29,813 nt of DNA from Deltaproteobacteria bacterium (lineage in GTDB: Bacteria > Desulfobacterota > Desulfobacteria > Desulfobacterales > JAUVVS01), in NCBI GenBank assembly GCA_030604545.1, contig JAUVVS010000001.1, positions 1-29,813 of the forward strand, given 5' to 3'. The position numbers were made by a program, and so were the translations under genes. The notes beneath the pieces were generated by a model that saw nothing but the letters and a program-made list of their open reading frames with translations, was not told the DNA's origin and ran no database searches. Each line of letters opens with the position of its first letter. The stretch's first letter is position 1. Positions 1 to 8,067 of the stretch are shown piece by piece.

Positions 1-250
1 AAATGCGGATGAAATGATGGCTGAACTCAGACAAAGGGGCATTGGTACTCGTCCTTTCTTTTTGGGTTTGCACGAGCAACCGGCTTTACACAAACTTGGT
101 TTATTTAAAAACGAATCTTATCCTGTAACAGAAAGAATTTCGATGCAGGGATTGTATTTACCATCCGGCCTTACCCTTAATGAAAGACAGATTGATGAAG
201 TAGTTTCGGCGGTGCGTTCAGTTTTGTCGGAGAAAAGGACACATGGGTAA
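1..250 (+). CDS. DegT/DnrJ/EryC1/StrS family PLP-dependent sugar aminotransferase (perosamine synthetase-like), C-terminal fragment; 5' end outside window
   Basis: Frame is open from position 2 (NADEMMAELRQRGIGTRPFFLGLHEQP...GLYLPSGLTL...IDEV); RPFF..LH.QP and GLYLPS are typical C-terminal motifs of this family. TAA at 248-250. Confidence 0.85.
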   Translation, partial: NADEMMAELRQRGIGTRPFFLGLHEQPALHKLGLFKNESYPVTERISMQGLYLPSGLTLNERQIDEVVSAVRSVLSEKRTHG

Positions 251-1067
251 TAGTCAAAAATGGTGGGATGAATTTTGGACACAACAAACTTCAAATGTAA
301 TATCTGCCAAGGATAATGATGAAACCTGGCATGATCTGGTCTGGAAAGCAGGTCTTGAATACTGGTATGATCTGTTTGAAGAGCTTGCTCCCGGCAAAAA
401 GATGCTTGAATGTGGATGCGGTAGTGCCAGGGTTTCACAATATATGGCACACCATGGCTATCAATGCACCCTGCTCGATTATTCAGAGAAAGCCCTGATG
501 CTTGGCAAAAGCAATTTTGACTCACTATCCCTTGATGGACAGTTTGTTATTGGAGACATAAACCACCTTTGCTTTCCAGATGAGCAATTTGATGTAGTCT
601 TCAGCGGTGGAGTTCTGGAGTTTTTTGCCGACGCTCAAAAACCTGTCAATGAGATGGTACGTGTTTTGAAGCCGGGCGGGGTCTTTGCCTCAAACATGGT
701 GCCGAGAAAGTTCAGTATCCAGACAATAGCCGATCTTGAGCGGACATTGGCATATTCTTCCAGGAATTTAGTCAAGGGGCGATTCAGAGATGTTTTTAAA
801 AGAGTTCAATATATACCGCCGAATTATAACGTGAATTCTATGTCTCTTCAGGATTATATTGGTTTCTGTGAAAAAGCAGGGTTAACATCAGTGGTTGGCA
901 TGGTAACATCGCCTTTTCCTGATGTGGCACTACCCCAATTGGGTAAAAAACTTTATGCAAGTATTATGAAAAAGCTTCTTCCGCAATGGCGAAAGTTTAA
1001 TCTGTCAAAGAGTCGCTGGACAGAAGTCTGGGGAACATCATATACAATTTATGGGATAAAAAAGTAA
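243..1067 (+). CDS. Class I SAM-dependent methyltransferase (Methyltransf_11-type), probable sugar O- or N-methyltransferase
   Basis: Motif I MLECGCGSA, post-II FDVVFSGGVLE, EMVRVLKPGG; overlaps the upstream stop by 8 nt. Confidence 0.85.
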   Translation: MGNSQKWWDEFWTQQTSNVISAKDNDETWHDLVWKAGLEYWYDLFEELAPGKKMLECGCGSARVSQYMAHHGYQCTLLDYSEKALMLGKSNFDSLSLDGQFVIGDINHLCFPDEQFDVVFSGGVLEFFADAQKPVNEMVRVLKPGGVFASNMVPRKFSIQTIADLERTLAYSSRNLVKGRFRDVFKRVQYIPPNYNVNSMSLQDYIGFCEKAGLTSVVGMVTSPFPDVALPQLGKKLYASIMKKLLPQWRKFNLSKSRWTEVWGTSYTIYGIKK

Positions 1068-1082
1068 CGGGGAGCTAAGGGT

Positions 1083-2204
1083 ATGAGAATTGGTGTAGAT
1101 GCACGATGCCTTGAGTGGCCGGAAGGCGGACCGGCAAGATATTTAGTTAATATGTTAAAACTCTGGCCACAGCTGAACAGACAGCATCGGTTTGTGCTGT
1201 TTTTTCAGAATCATATTCCTGAGGATGATTTTCTTAAAAATGAACTATTCGAACATGTTTTGATAAAAGGGCCCGATATTTTAAAAACCCGCAGGATAAC
1301 GGGTGAACAGCTATTAATGCCTTTTTCTATCAAACAGAGTAAACTGGATTTGTTTTTTACTCCCTGGTATTCGGCCCCTCTATTATCATGTTGTCCGAAA
1401 AGTGTTGTCTGCTGCTGGGACGTTTCTGCTAAAACTCATCCATCTCACTATACTATGCTGGAAAAAATTTCTTTTGGTATATTCCCACCTCTTTCATGCA
1501 AACGGGCGGATGGCGTTATTACATGTTCTGAGTATGACGCACGCCAAATGGAGAAACATTACAGGATTCCTTCTGCGCGAATCCGCGTTGTTCATTTTGC
1601 GGCCGATGAAAAATTCAAGCCGTCAAATGATCCCGATCAGCTTGAGTCTTTTCGCCGTAAATATGGTTTTCCACAAAAATACATTCTCGTTATGGGAATT
1701 ATTATCAAAAGAAGAAATGTGGATGTAATAATTGATGCTTTCAATGATATCTATCGGGATTATCCCGATATCGGCCTGGTCGTGGTTGGTCGCAATGCAA
1801 CAACGCCATTTGTTGATATTGAGGCAAAAATGAAGCCATTAATCGAAGAAGGCCGTGGTTTCTATCTTCAGCGAGCACCGGAAGAGGATATGGTCGATTT
1901 CTATCGAGGCGCATGGTACTATATGTGCACATCTACAACGGATGGAGAGTCACTCATGTTAAAGGAAGCGATGAAATGTGGTACGCCCGTGATTACCTCG
2001 CCTTTGCTTAAAGAAACGGTGGGAGGTAATGCCGTGATTCTGGAGGATCCAACCGATCAAAAGCAGACGGCTGAGATATTTCGTAGAATTATTTCTGACG
2101 ATGATCTACGCAAGCATTATTCGGATGAAGGACAAAAATGGATGCAGTCATTATCCTGGGAAAAAGTTGCACAGGAAAGTCTGGAATTCCTTGAAACCCG
2201 TTAA
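1083..2204 (+). CDS. Glycosyltransferase family 4 (MtfB/WbpY-like GT-B)
   Basis: N-terminal RIGVDAR...GGPARYLVNML, ADGVITCSEY, C-terminal D-x7-E variant DGESLMLKEAMKCGTPVI; RBS-like AAGGG upstream. Confidence 0.88.
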   Translation: MRIGVDARCLEWPEGGPARYLVNMLKLWPQLNRQHRFVLFFQNHIPEDDFLKNELFEHVLIKGPDILKTRRITGEQLLMPFSIKQSKLDLFFTPWYSAPLLSCCPKSVVCCWDVSAKTHPSHYTMLEKISFGIFPPLSCKRADGVITCSEYDARQMEKHYRIPSARIRVVHFAADEKFKPSNDPDQLESFRRKYGFPQKYILVMGIIIKRRNVDVIIDAFNDIYRDYPDIGLVVVGRNATTPFVDIEAKMKPLIEEGRGFYLQRAPEEDMVDFYRGAWYYMCTSTTDGESLMLKEAMKCGTPVITSPLLKETVGGNAVILEDPTDQKQTAEIFRRIISDDDLRKHYSDEGQKWMQSLSWEKVAQESLEFLETR

Positions 2205-2225
2205 TAAATAATTAAGGAGGCAAAA

Positions 2226-3434
2226 ATGGAGACTATCACTCGAACTACCTGCCGCTTGTGTGGGGCGAGTGGTTTCCGCGATGTGTTTTCACTTGGAGAT
2301 CAGTACATCAATGATTTTGTTCCCCCGGAAAGAATTGGCAAGGGGCTCAAGGCACCGCTCGATCTGGTGGTATGCGACAAATGTTCTGTGTTGCAGCTGC
2401 GTCATACTGCTCCGCAGGAGCTTCTGTACAGCCGTTACTACTGGTATCGGTCAGGAGTAACAGACACAATGCGTCGCGCGTTGCGGGATATCACCGAGGA
2501 AATTGAAGCAATAGTGCCGCTCCGCCCAGGAGATGTGGTTCTGGATATCGGCGCTAATGACGGCACTTTATTAGCAAGTTACACTGCGAAAGGAATTCGT
2601 CGGACAGGTTGTGAACCGGCGAATAATCTTGTAGACATGCTGAGAGAAAATGCCGACTATGTGATGCATGACTTCTGGAATTACGAGCGCTATATGGAAC
2701 TCGCTGAACAATGGGGATTTGGAAAAGCCAAAGTCATCACCGCTATCGGCATGTTCTATGACTTGGAAGATCCCAATAAGTTTATCAAGGATGCCCGGCG
2801 AGCGTTGGCTGACGACGGTGTTTTTGTCGCCCAGTTGATGTGCCTTACACCGATGCTTGAAAAGAACGATACGGGAAATATCTGCCATGAACACCTTGAA
2901 TACTATTCTCTGGATTCCCTTAAGTATCTTTTTGAAACAAACGGTCTCGAAATGTTCAAAATTGAAGAGAATGAAGTGAATGGTGGCAGTTACCGGATTT
3001 TTGCCCGGCATTATAAAGGCACAGGAATATCATATGATGAGAAAATTACGCTTGACGATATATCGGCATTTTCCAGACGTGTCCAGGATAACCGCGATAA
3101 ATGTGTGGCATTTATCAAAGAAGAAGTCGCAAAGGGCAAAACCGTGTATGTCTATGGTGCGTCCACCAAGGGAAACGTGATTCTTCAATATTATGGCCTC
3201 GATCATACTGTAATTACCGCCGCCTCCGAACGTAGTCCTGAAAAATGGGGCAAATATACTATCGGCACGTGGATTCCAATTGTATCTGAAGAGGAAGCCA
3301 GAAGGGCCCAGCCGGATTATTTCCTTGTCCTGCCGTGGGCATTTTTTGAGGAATTCTATGAACGGGAGAAGGAATGGCGTGCACGGGGTGGAAAGTTTAT
3401 TGTCCCTCTGCCAGAATTTCGGGTCGTGCCATGA
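2226..3434 (+). CDS. NDP-hexose 3-C-methyltransferase family (NovU/TylCIII/TcaB9-like, Zn-binding class I SAM methyltransferase)
   Basis: Zn motif CRLCG...CDKC, VLDIGANDGTLL, ICHEHLEYYS, YGASTKGNVILQY, PDYFLVLPW, GGKFIVPLP; strong RBS AAGGAGG. Confidence 0.92.
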   Translation: METITRTTCRLCGASGFRDVFSLGDQYINDFVPPERIGKGLKAPLDLVVCDKCSVLQLRHTAPQELLYSRYYWYRSGVTDTMRRALRDITEEIEAIVPLRPGDVVLDIGANDGTLLASYTAKGIRRTGCEPANNLVDMLRENADYVMHDFWNYERYMELAEQWGFGKAKVITAIGMFYDLEDPNKFIKDARRALADDGVFVAQLMCLTPMLEKNDTGNICHEHLEYYSLDSLKYLFETNGLEMFKIEENEVNGGSYRIFARHYKGTGISYDEKITLDDISAFSRRVQDNRDKCVAFIKEEVAKGKTVYVYGASTKGNVILQYYGLDHTVITAASERSPEKWGKYTIGTWIPIVSEEEARRAQPDYFLVLPWAFFEEFYEREKEWRARGGKFIVPLPEFRVVP

Positions 3435-3877
3435 GCTTCATCCCTGAAGAAGAATACGCACGGATTATGGAAGTTCTGCCTGTCCTTTGCGTGGATGTGG
3501 TAGTTCAGAATTCGAGGAATGAATACTTGTTGATAAGGCGGGCCAACGAACCCCTGAAGGATCAGTGGTGGGTCATCGGCGGGAGAGTCCTGAAGGGAGA
3601 AACTCTCGAGCAGGCGGCAATCCGAAAAGTCAGGGAAGAAGTCGGCCTTAAAGTCGACTTTGTGGAACCCATTGGTTACTATGAGGATACGTTCGAAACG
3701 AATCCCTTCGGGTTACCGACACCGCTGCATTCGGTCAGCGCTGTTTTTTCCGCCAGCGGCGATGACCATCAGCAGGTCAGGCTGGACGACCAGAGCACCG
3801 ACTGGAAATATTCAGATGAACTGCCAGCCAATTTTTACATAAAGGGATTTATCCGTCACAACTGCATTGAAAGATAA
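3431..3877 (+). CDS. NUDIX hydrolase, GDP-mannose mannosyl hydrolase (Gmm/WcaH/NudD)-like
   Basis: P..CVD.VV, R..EP, W..GGRVLKGETLEQAAIRKVREEVGL Nudix box. Start placed at ATG 3431 (ATGA overlap with upstream stop), not 3374. Confidence 0.85.
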   Translation: MSFIPEEEYARIMEVLPVLCVDVVVQNSRNEYLLIRRANEPLKDQWWVIGGRVLKGETLEQAAIRKVREEVGLKVDFVEPIGYYEDTFETNPFGLPTPLHSVSAVFSASGDDHQQVRLDDQSTDWKYSDELPANFYIKGFIRHNCIER

Positions 3878-3900
3878 TGAAACACGGAGGCATGACGAAT

Positions 3901-4887
3901 ATGAGAAAAGCGCTGATTTTTGGTGTTACCGGGCAAGACGGGAGCTATCTGGCAGAGATTCTGCTTGAAAAAGGCTATGAAGTACATGGAATGGTTAGAC
4001 GTTCAGCAACCGGCAATACTAGAAATATTGATCATCTGATCAATGATCCGGAATTATTCGATCATCGTTTCTTTTTGCATCGGGGCGACCTGGCTGATCC
4101 GACATCTCTTTATCGCATAATCAATACTGTAAGACCGCATGAAATCTACAATGAAGCCGATCAGGATCACGTGAGCTGGAGCTTTGATATGGTTGGGTAC
4201 TCGGTGGATATAACGGGAGCGGCAGTTGGCCGCATATTGGAAATTATAAAACAGATCGATCCCTCCATACGTTTTTTTCAGCCTTGCACTTCTAATATGT
4301 TTGGCAAAACCGATATTATTCCCCAAACAGAATCTGTCTCTTTCAACCCGCAAAGCCCATATGCCTGTGCTAAAGTTTTTGCCTATTATTTAACGCGTTA
4401 TTATCGTGAAGCCTTTGGCATATTTACATCAACCGGGATTTTCTATAATCATGAATCGCCGAGGAGAACAGAGGAATATGTAACGCGCAAAATTACAAAA
4501 TCTGTGGCAAGGATCACCTGTGGTAAACAGGACAAATTGATTCTTGGAGATTTAAGCGCGCGTATCGACTGGGGATACTCAAAAGAGTATATGGAAACGG
4601 CATGGGAAATCCTTCAGCTTGATAATCCTGACGATTTTATTATTGCTACAGGCGAGGCACATTCAGTTAAAGAATTTGTCGATGAGGCTTTCGCGGTTGT
4701 CAATCTGAGGTCAGAAGACTATGTCGTCTCCGATCAAAGCTTGTTTCGACCCACACAAACAAGCATACTCATCGGTGACACGACAAAAGCAAGGAAAGCG
4801 TTCGGGTTTGAACCAAAAGTGAGATTCAAAAAATTGGTCAAGATAATGATGGAAGCTGATCTTGAAGCAGAAAGGAAAGGGATATAA
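3901..4887 (+). CDS. gmd: GDP-mannose 4,6-dehydratase-like extended SDR (divergent; catalytic Glu replaced by Asn)
   Basis: KALIFGVTGQDGSYLAE.LL.KGYEVHG.VRR, PQSPYACAK, NHESPRR...VTRKI, LG.L...DWG, DDFIIATG. GGAGG at 3886-3890 favours ATG 3901 (3877 also possible). Family call is firm; dehydratase activity is doubtful (see findings). Confidence 0.8.
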   Translation: MRKALIFGVTGQDGSYLAEILLEKGYEVHGMVRRSATGNTRNIDHLINDPELFDHRFFLHRGDLADPTSLYRIINTVRPHEIYNEADQDHVSWSFDMVGYSVDITGAAVGRILEIIKQIDPSIRFFQPCTSNMFGKTDIIPQTESVSFNPQSPYACAKVFAYYLTRYYREAFGIFTSTGIFYNHESPRRTEEYVTRKITKSVARITCGKQDKLILGDLSARIDWGYSKEYMETAWEILQLDNPDDFIIATGEAHSVKEFVDEAFAVVNLRSEDYVVSDQSLFRPTQTSILIGDTTKARKAFGFEPKVRFKKLVKIMMEADLEAERKGI

Positions 4888-4911
4888 CCGGCACATAAGT
4901 CGAATCAAACG

Positions 4912-6486
4912 ATGGATGAAGATCAGTTCAAACAAGCTGTCCGGCTTTTCAAGTTTCTGGGAGAGACGAAACTGAGGTCCGGGAAGAATCTCCGGACTGA
5001 ACTATGCCTTGGACAAGACATATCTCTCTGGGAGGTCGTGGCATCGTATATGGCCCTGTACCGTTTCCCGCTTTTGTTTTTGCATAATGGCGGCAGTCGC
5101 CCCTGGCGCGAGCGGTTGAAATACTATGTGCGGCCATATCGGGGGCTGGCCGCCCGATTCAGGGATTCTGTCATTTCCTCTCCTCGTAGAACCGCCACGG
5201 CCTGCCCGAAATGGCCGGAAGGTGGCCAAACAGTGCTATTTCTGGGCTTTGTGCCCACATTTTATCGCGATGTTTTGCGTCCTGTGGCTGAATCCTTGGC
5301 AACAAAAGAAAGAATACAGGTAGTTGTCATTGGGGAGAGTCAAAATCCTCCGATAGATGTACCTGCTAACGAAAAGGTGAGATTCCAATCACTGTGGGAA
5401 CATTGGGATAATGATACAGCAAATTTGTCAAAAATTATGTTGAGACACTTGCAGACACTTCAAAATATTTTCCTTAACAGAACTCAGTTTGAAGCAGTGA
5501 TACAAAATATGGGAGAGGGTTTTGACAGTTTTGCCCTGACAAGAGAATTTTATTGGCTTTTCTGGCGCGAGTTCAAACGGTTAATCCCTCAAATTGCTGT
5601 CGCCATGCAGATTCTGGATAAGCACCGTCCGGCATTAATCGTTTCTGCGGATGATGCTGATCAGCGTTGCAGGGTCTATTCTTTGTTAGCCAGGGAAAAG
5701 GGTATCCCATCCTTGCTTGTACAGCAGGGTCTTACTGAAGGAGGATATCCGGAGTGGCATTTTTTTTCTCAAACCGCAGTGGCCGCTATGGGGCAGAGCT
5801 CGCGTGCTGATATGATTGCCCAGGGTGTTCCGTCGGAAAAGATTATGCTCACAGGACACCCTGGATTTGATCATCTTGCTTTGCCGGAACCGGAACTATG
5901 CGCTCGTGTGCGTACGGATCTTGGATTGTCAAAAGGGCAAAAGATGATCCTGTTTGTCTCGCAACCGTATTATGTGGGCGTATTCAATATCCCCGGCATA
6001 CGACAGGTAATGATAAAGGCAATCGTTCAGGCTTGCGGTTCCCTTAAGAATATCAAGTTGATTGTCAAACCACACCCTGGCGATAATATGCGAGAGCTTA
6101 AAGTGTTAATTGGTAAAGCGCCACGAGTAGTGATGGTTGATCGAACGATGGATATTTCACCCTTGATTAAGGCGTGTGATGTTTTGATTACCTTCTTCTC
6201 GACTGCGGCATTACAAGCGCTTTATGCCGGCAAACCTGTTATTAATGTGGATTTTCCCGGTAGCGGCGGGCAAAGTCTGTATTCAGAAAGTGGTGCAACC
6301 TGGATAGCTCGTTCGAATGATGAGATTGCGACACACATCCGGAAATTAATCGGTGAAACCGGAAACAAAGAAATTGCAAGCCGGGAAGCTGCCCGGCAGC
6401 GTTTTTTGTATGACATGGCCTATCTTCCCGACGGACAGGCTACCGAACGTGTCGTGAAAGTTGCTTTGAATATGCTCCAATTATAA
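4912..6486 (+). CDS. GT-B-fold surface carbohydrate biosynthesis protein with HP motif (CDP-glycerol glycerophosphotransferase / Kdo- or sialyl-transferase-like superfamily)
   Basis: LLVQQG, TGHPGFD, ILFVSQP, IVKPHPGD, ACDVLITFFSTAALQALYAGKPVI. No clear RBS, so the start is uncertain. Confidence 0.65.
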   Translation: MDEDQFKQAVRLFKFLGETKLRSGKNLRTELCLGQDISLWEVVASYMALYRFPLLFLHNGGSRPWRERLKYYVRPYRGLAARFRDSVISSPRRTATACPKWPEGGQTVLFLGFVPTFYRDVLRPVAESLATKERIQVVVIGESQNPPIDVPANEKVRFQSLWEHWDNDTANLSKIMLRHLQTLQNIFLNRTQFEAVIQNMGEGFDSFALTREFYWLFWREFKRLIPQIAVAMQILDKHRPALIVSADDADQRCRVYSLLAREKGIPSLLVQQGLTEGGYPEWHFFSQTAVAAMGQSSRADMIAQGVPSEKIMLTGHPGFDHLALPEPELCARVRTDLGLSKGQKMILFVSQPYYVGVFNIPGIRQVMIKAIVQACGSLKNIKLIVKPHPGDNMRELKVLIGKAPRVVMVDRTMDISPLIKACDVLITFFSTAALQALYAGKPVINVDFPGSGGQSLYSESGATWIARSNDEIATHIRKLIGETGNKEIASREAARQRFLYDMAYLPDGQATERVVKVALNMLQL

Positions 6487-6535
6487 AGTCTGATTACATT
6501 CATCTTTCCTCCGATAAATACGAGGGGCTTCTTAA

Positions 6536-8062
6536 ATGGTATTTAGCCTAAAAAATAGACCAATGTTCTTATTGCGACGTAATGTGTTGCAAGGTTTTAT
6601 ACTCATAGTTGCAGTATTGGTATTGTTGTACGCGGTTATTTTTTTAGAGCCTGCAGATACCAGAAAAATTTTATTGACAATAATATTGATAACGGCTCTT
6701 TTTTTAGCGCTTGTCGCACCTTCTTCAAGAAAGACCTGGATTCCGATATTAATTTGTTTAATACTTATAAGAGATCTCCGTCTATGTCCTTTAATAGGTG
6801 ACGGCAGCCTGAAATTGGGTGACATTTTCATTGCATATTTGTTTGCATTATGGATGCTGGGTGATCTTTTCATAAAGAACTCTACCGGATTTGTGAAATC
6901 CAAACTGGATTTATTTATTGTATTATTTATTCTTTTTCATGTTTGCTCCTTACTCTGGTCAACTGACTTGGAGTATGGACTTGTGAGATGCCTAAAATTA
7001 ATCCGCAATTTCCTGTTTTATATAATAATACGAGATCTGTTTATAAGAGATTTTTGGGGCAGTTATAAAAGAATGACAGCTTCTTATATAGGGACAGGTG
7101 TTGTCTTGCTGATAGTATATGCATCTGTGGTGCTCTCGGCGGGCGGGTTTTTAGACTTTTTATCGTTGTATCAAAAAGAAACGCTTACTTCACTTGATCT
7201 TGGGGCATTGAGAGTTAGAGGCACAGGAGCCGGGTTCTTAATCTCCGGCCCTTCAATGTGGTTCATGATTACAGGAGCGTTTATTTTTGGATCGCTTGTG
7301 CTGACTGATTCACAAATTGCAAGAAGAATAAAAATACCTTTAGCAATATTAATGTTTACGGCAGCAACTGTATTGACATTGGCTCGATCAGTATTTGCAA
7401 TGTTAATTATACTATTAATGTTGTTGTTTTTGGGGAGTTTGTATCTAAAACTAAAAAGAAATATCATAGCAATATCTGTTGTATTGATTGTCTTCCTTAT
7501 AGGTGGAGCGGCTTCAGGTGTGGGAGGAATTTATTCTAAACGCTTTACGAATGCATTTCAAGATGGTTCCTGGACACAAAGAGAAGAATTTTACAATGCA
7601 GCTATCGATGCCTTTGTTGAAAATCCTGTGGCGGGTATCGGCGTTGGAAGTAATTACTCCTGGCAGTTAAACTACCCGGAGATAGGGGGGAATAGATCAC
7701 GGATAGTACATAGCGCTTACCTGCTTGTGCTGTCTGAGGTGGGGTTGTTGGGATCGATGCTATTCGTTGTCATTCTTTATTTCTGGTTGCGATATCTGTG
7801 GGACTGTGTTCGAAACCGCAATTGTGAGCCTCGTCTTCGGAGTATTTGTATGACAATGTTTGCCTTTAGCATCAGCTACCTCATGTATATATCGATAGTT
7901 GGGGAATTTGAGGCATTTGAACCCTGGTTAGTGATGGCCATTGCTTCCGCTGTCAAGAACCTGCCTTCGTCGTCTGTTCAAATGGTTAATTCTGTTTCGA
8001 ATACAGTATCTTCCGGGATGGGATCCATTAATTTAGCACTGAGCGATGAGAGGAATTGTTAA
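6536..8062 (+). CDS. O-antigen ligase / Wzy polymerase family membrane protein (Wzy_C)
   Basis: About 12 hydrophobic segments, TLARS, periplasmic loop S...R...Y..AI..F.ENP..GIGVG, HSAYL.VLSEVGLLG motif; RBS GAGGGG. Confidence 0.88.
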   Translation: MVFSLKNRPMFLLRRNVLQGFILIVAVLVLLYAVIFLEPADTRKILLTIILITALFLALVAPSSRKTWIPILICLILIRDLRLCPLIGDGSLKLGDIFIAYLFALWMLGDLFIKNSTGFVKSKLDLFIVLFILFHVCSLLWSTDLEYGLVRCLKLIRNFLFYIIIRDLFIRDFWGSYKRMTASYIGTGVVLLIVYASVVLSAGGFLDFLSLYQKETLTSLDLGALRVRGTGAGFLISGPSMWFMITGAFIFGSLVLTDSQIARRIKIPLAILMFTAATVLTLARSVFAMLIILLMLLFLGSLYLKLKRNIIAISVVLIVFLIGGAASGVGGIYSKRFTNAFQDGSWTQREEFYNAAIDAFVENPVAGIGVGSNYSWQLNYPEIGGNRSRIVHSAYLLVLSEVGLLGSMLFVVILYFWLRYLWDCVRNRNCEPRLRSICMTMFAFSISYLMYISIVGEFEAFEPWLVMAIASAVKNLPSSSVQMVNSVSNTVSSGMGSINLALSDERNC

Positions 8063-8067
8063 AGTTA

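Noticed and set aside
3374-3430. N-terminal extension of the NUDIX ORF given in the track
   Set aside because: Overlaps the C-methyltransferase by about 60 nt; ATG 3431 gives a classic ATGA coupling and a family-typical N-terminus.
4885-4914. gmd-like gene and downstream GT-B ORF are in the same frame, separated by one TAA and 8 codons (possible readthrough or split fusion)
   Set aside because: The Gmd-like protein ends at its normal family length, TAA is rarely read through, and a one-in-three frame coincidence is expected.
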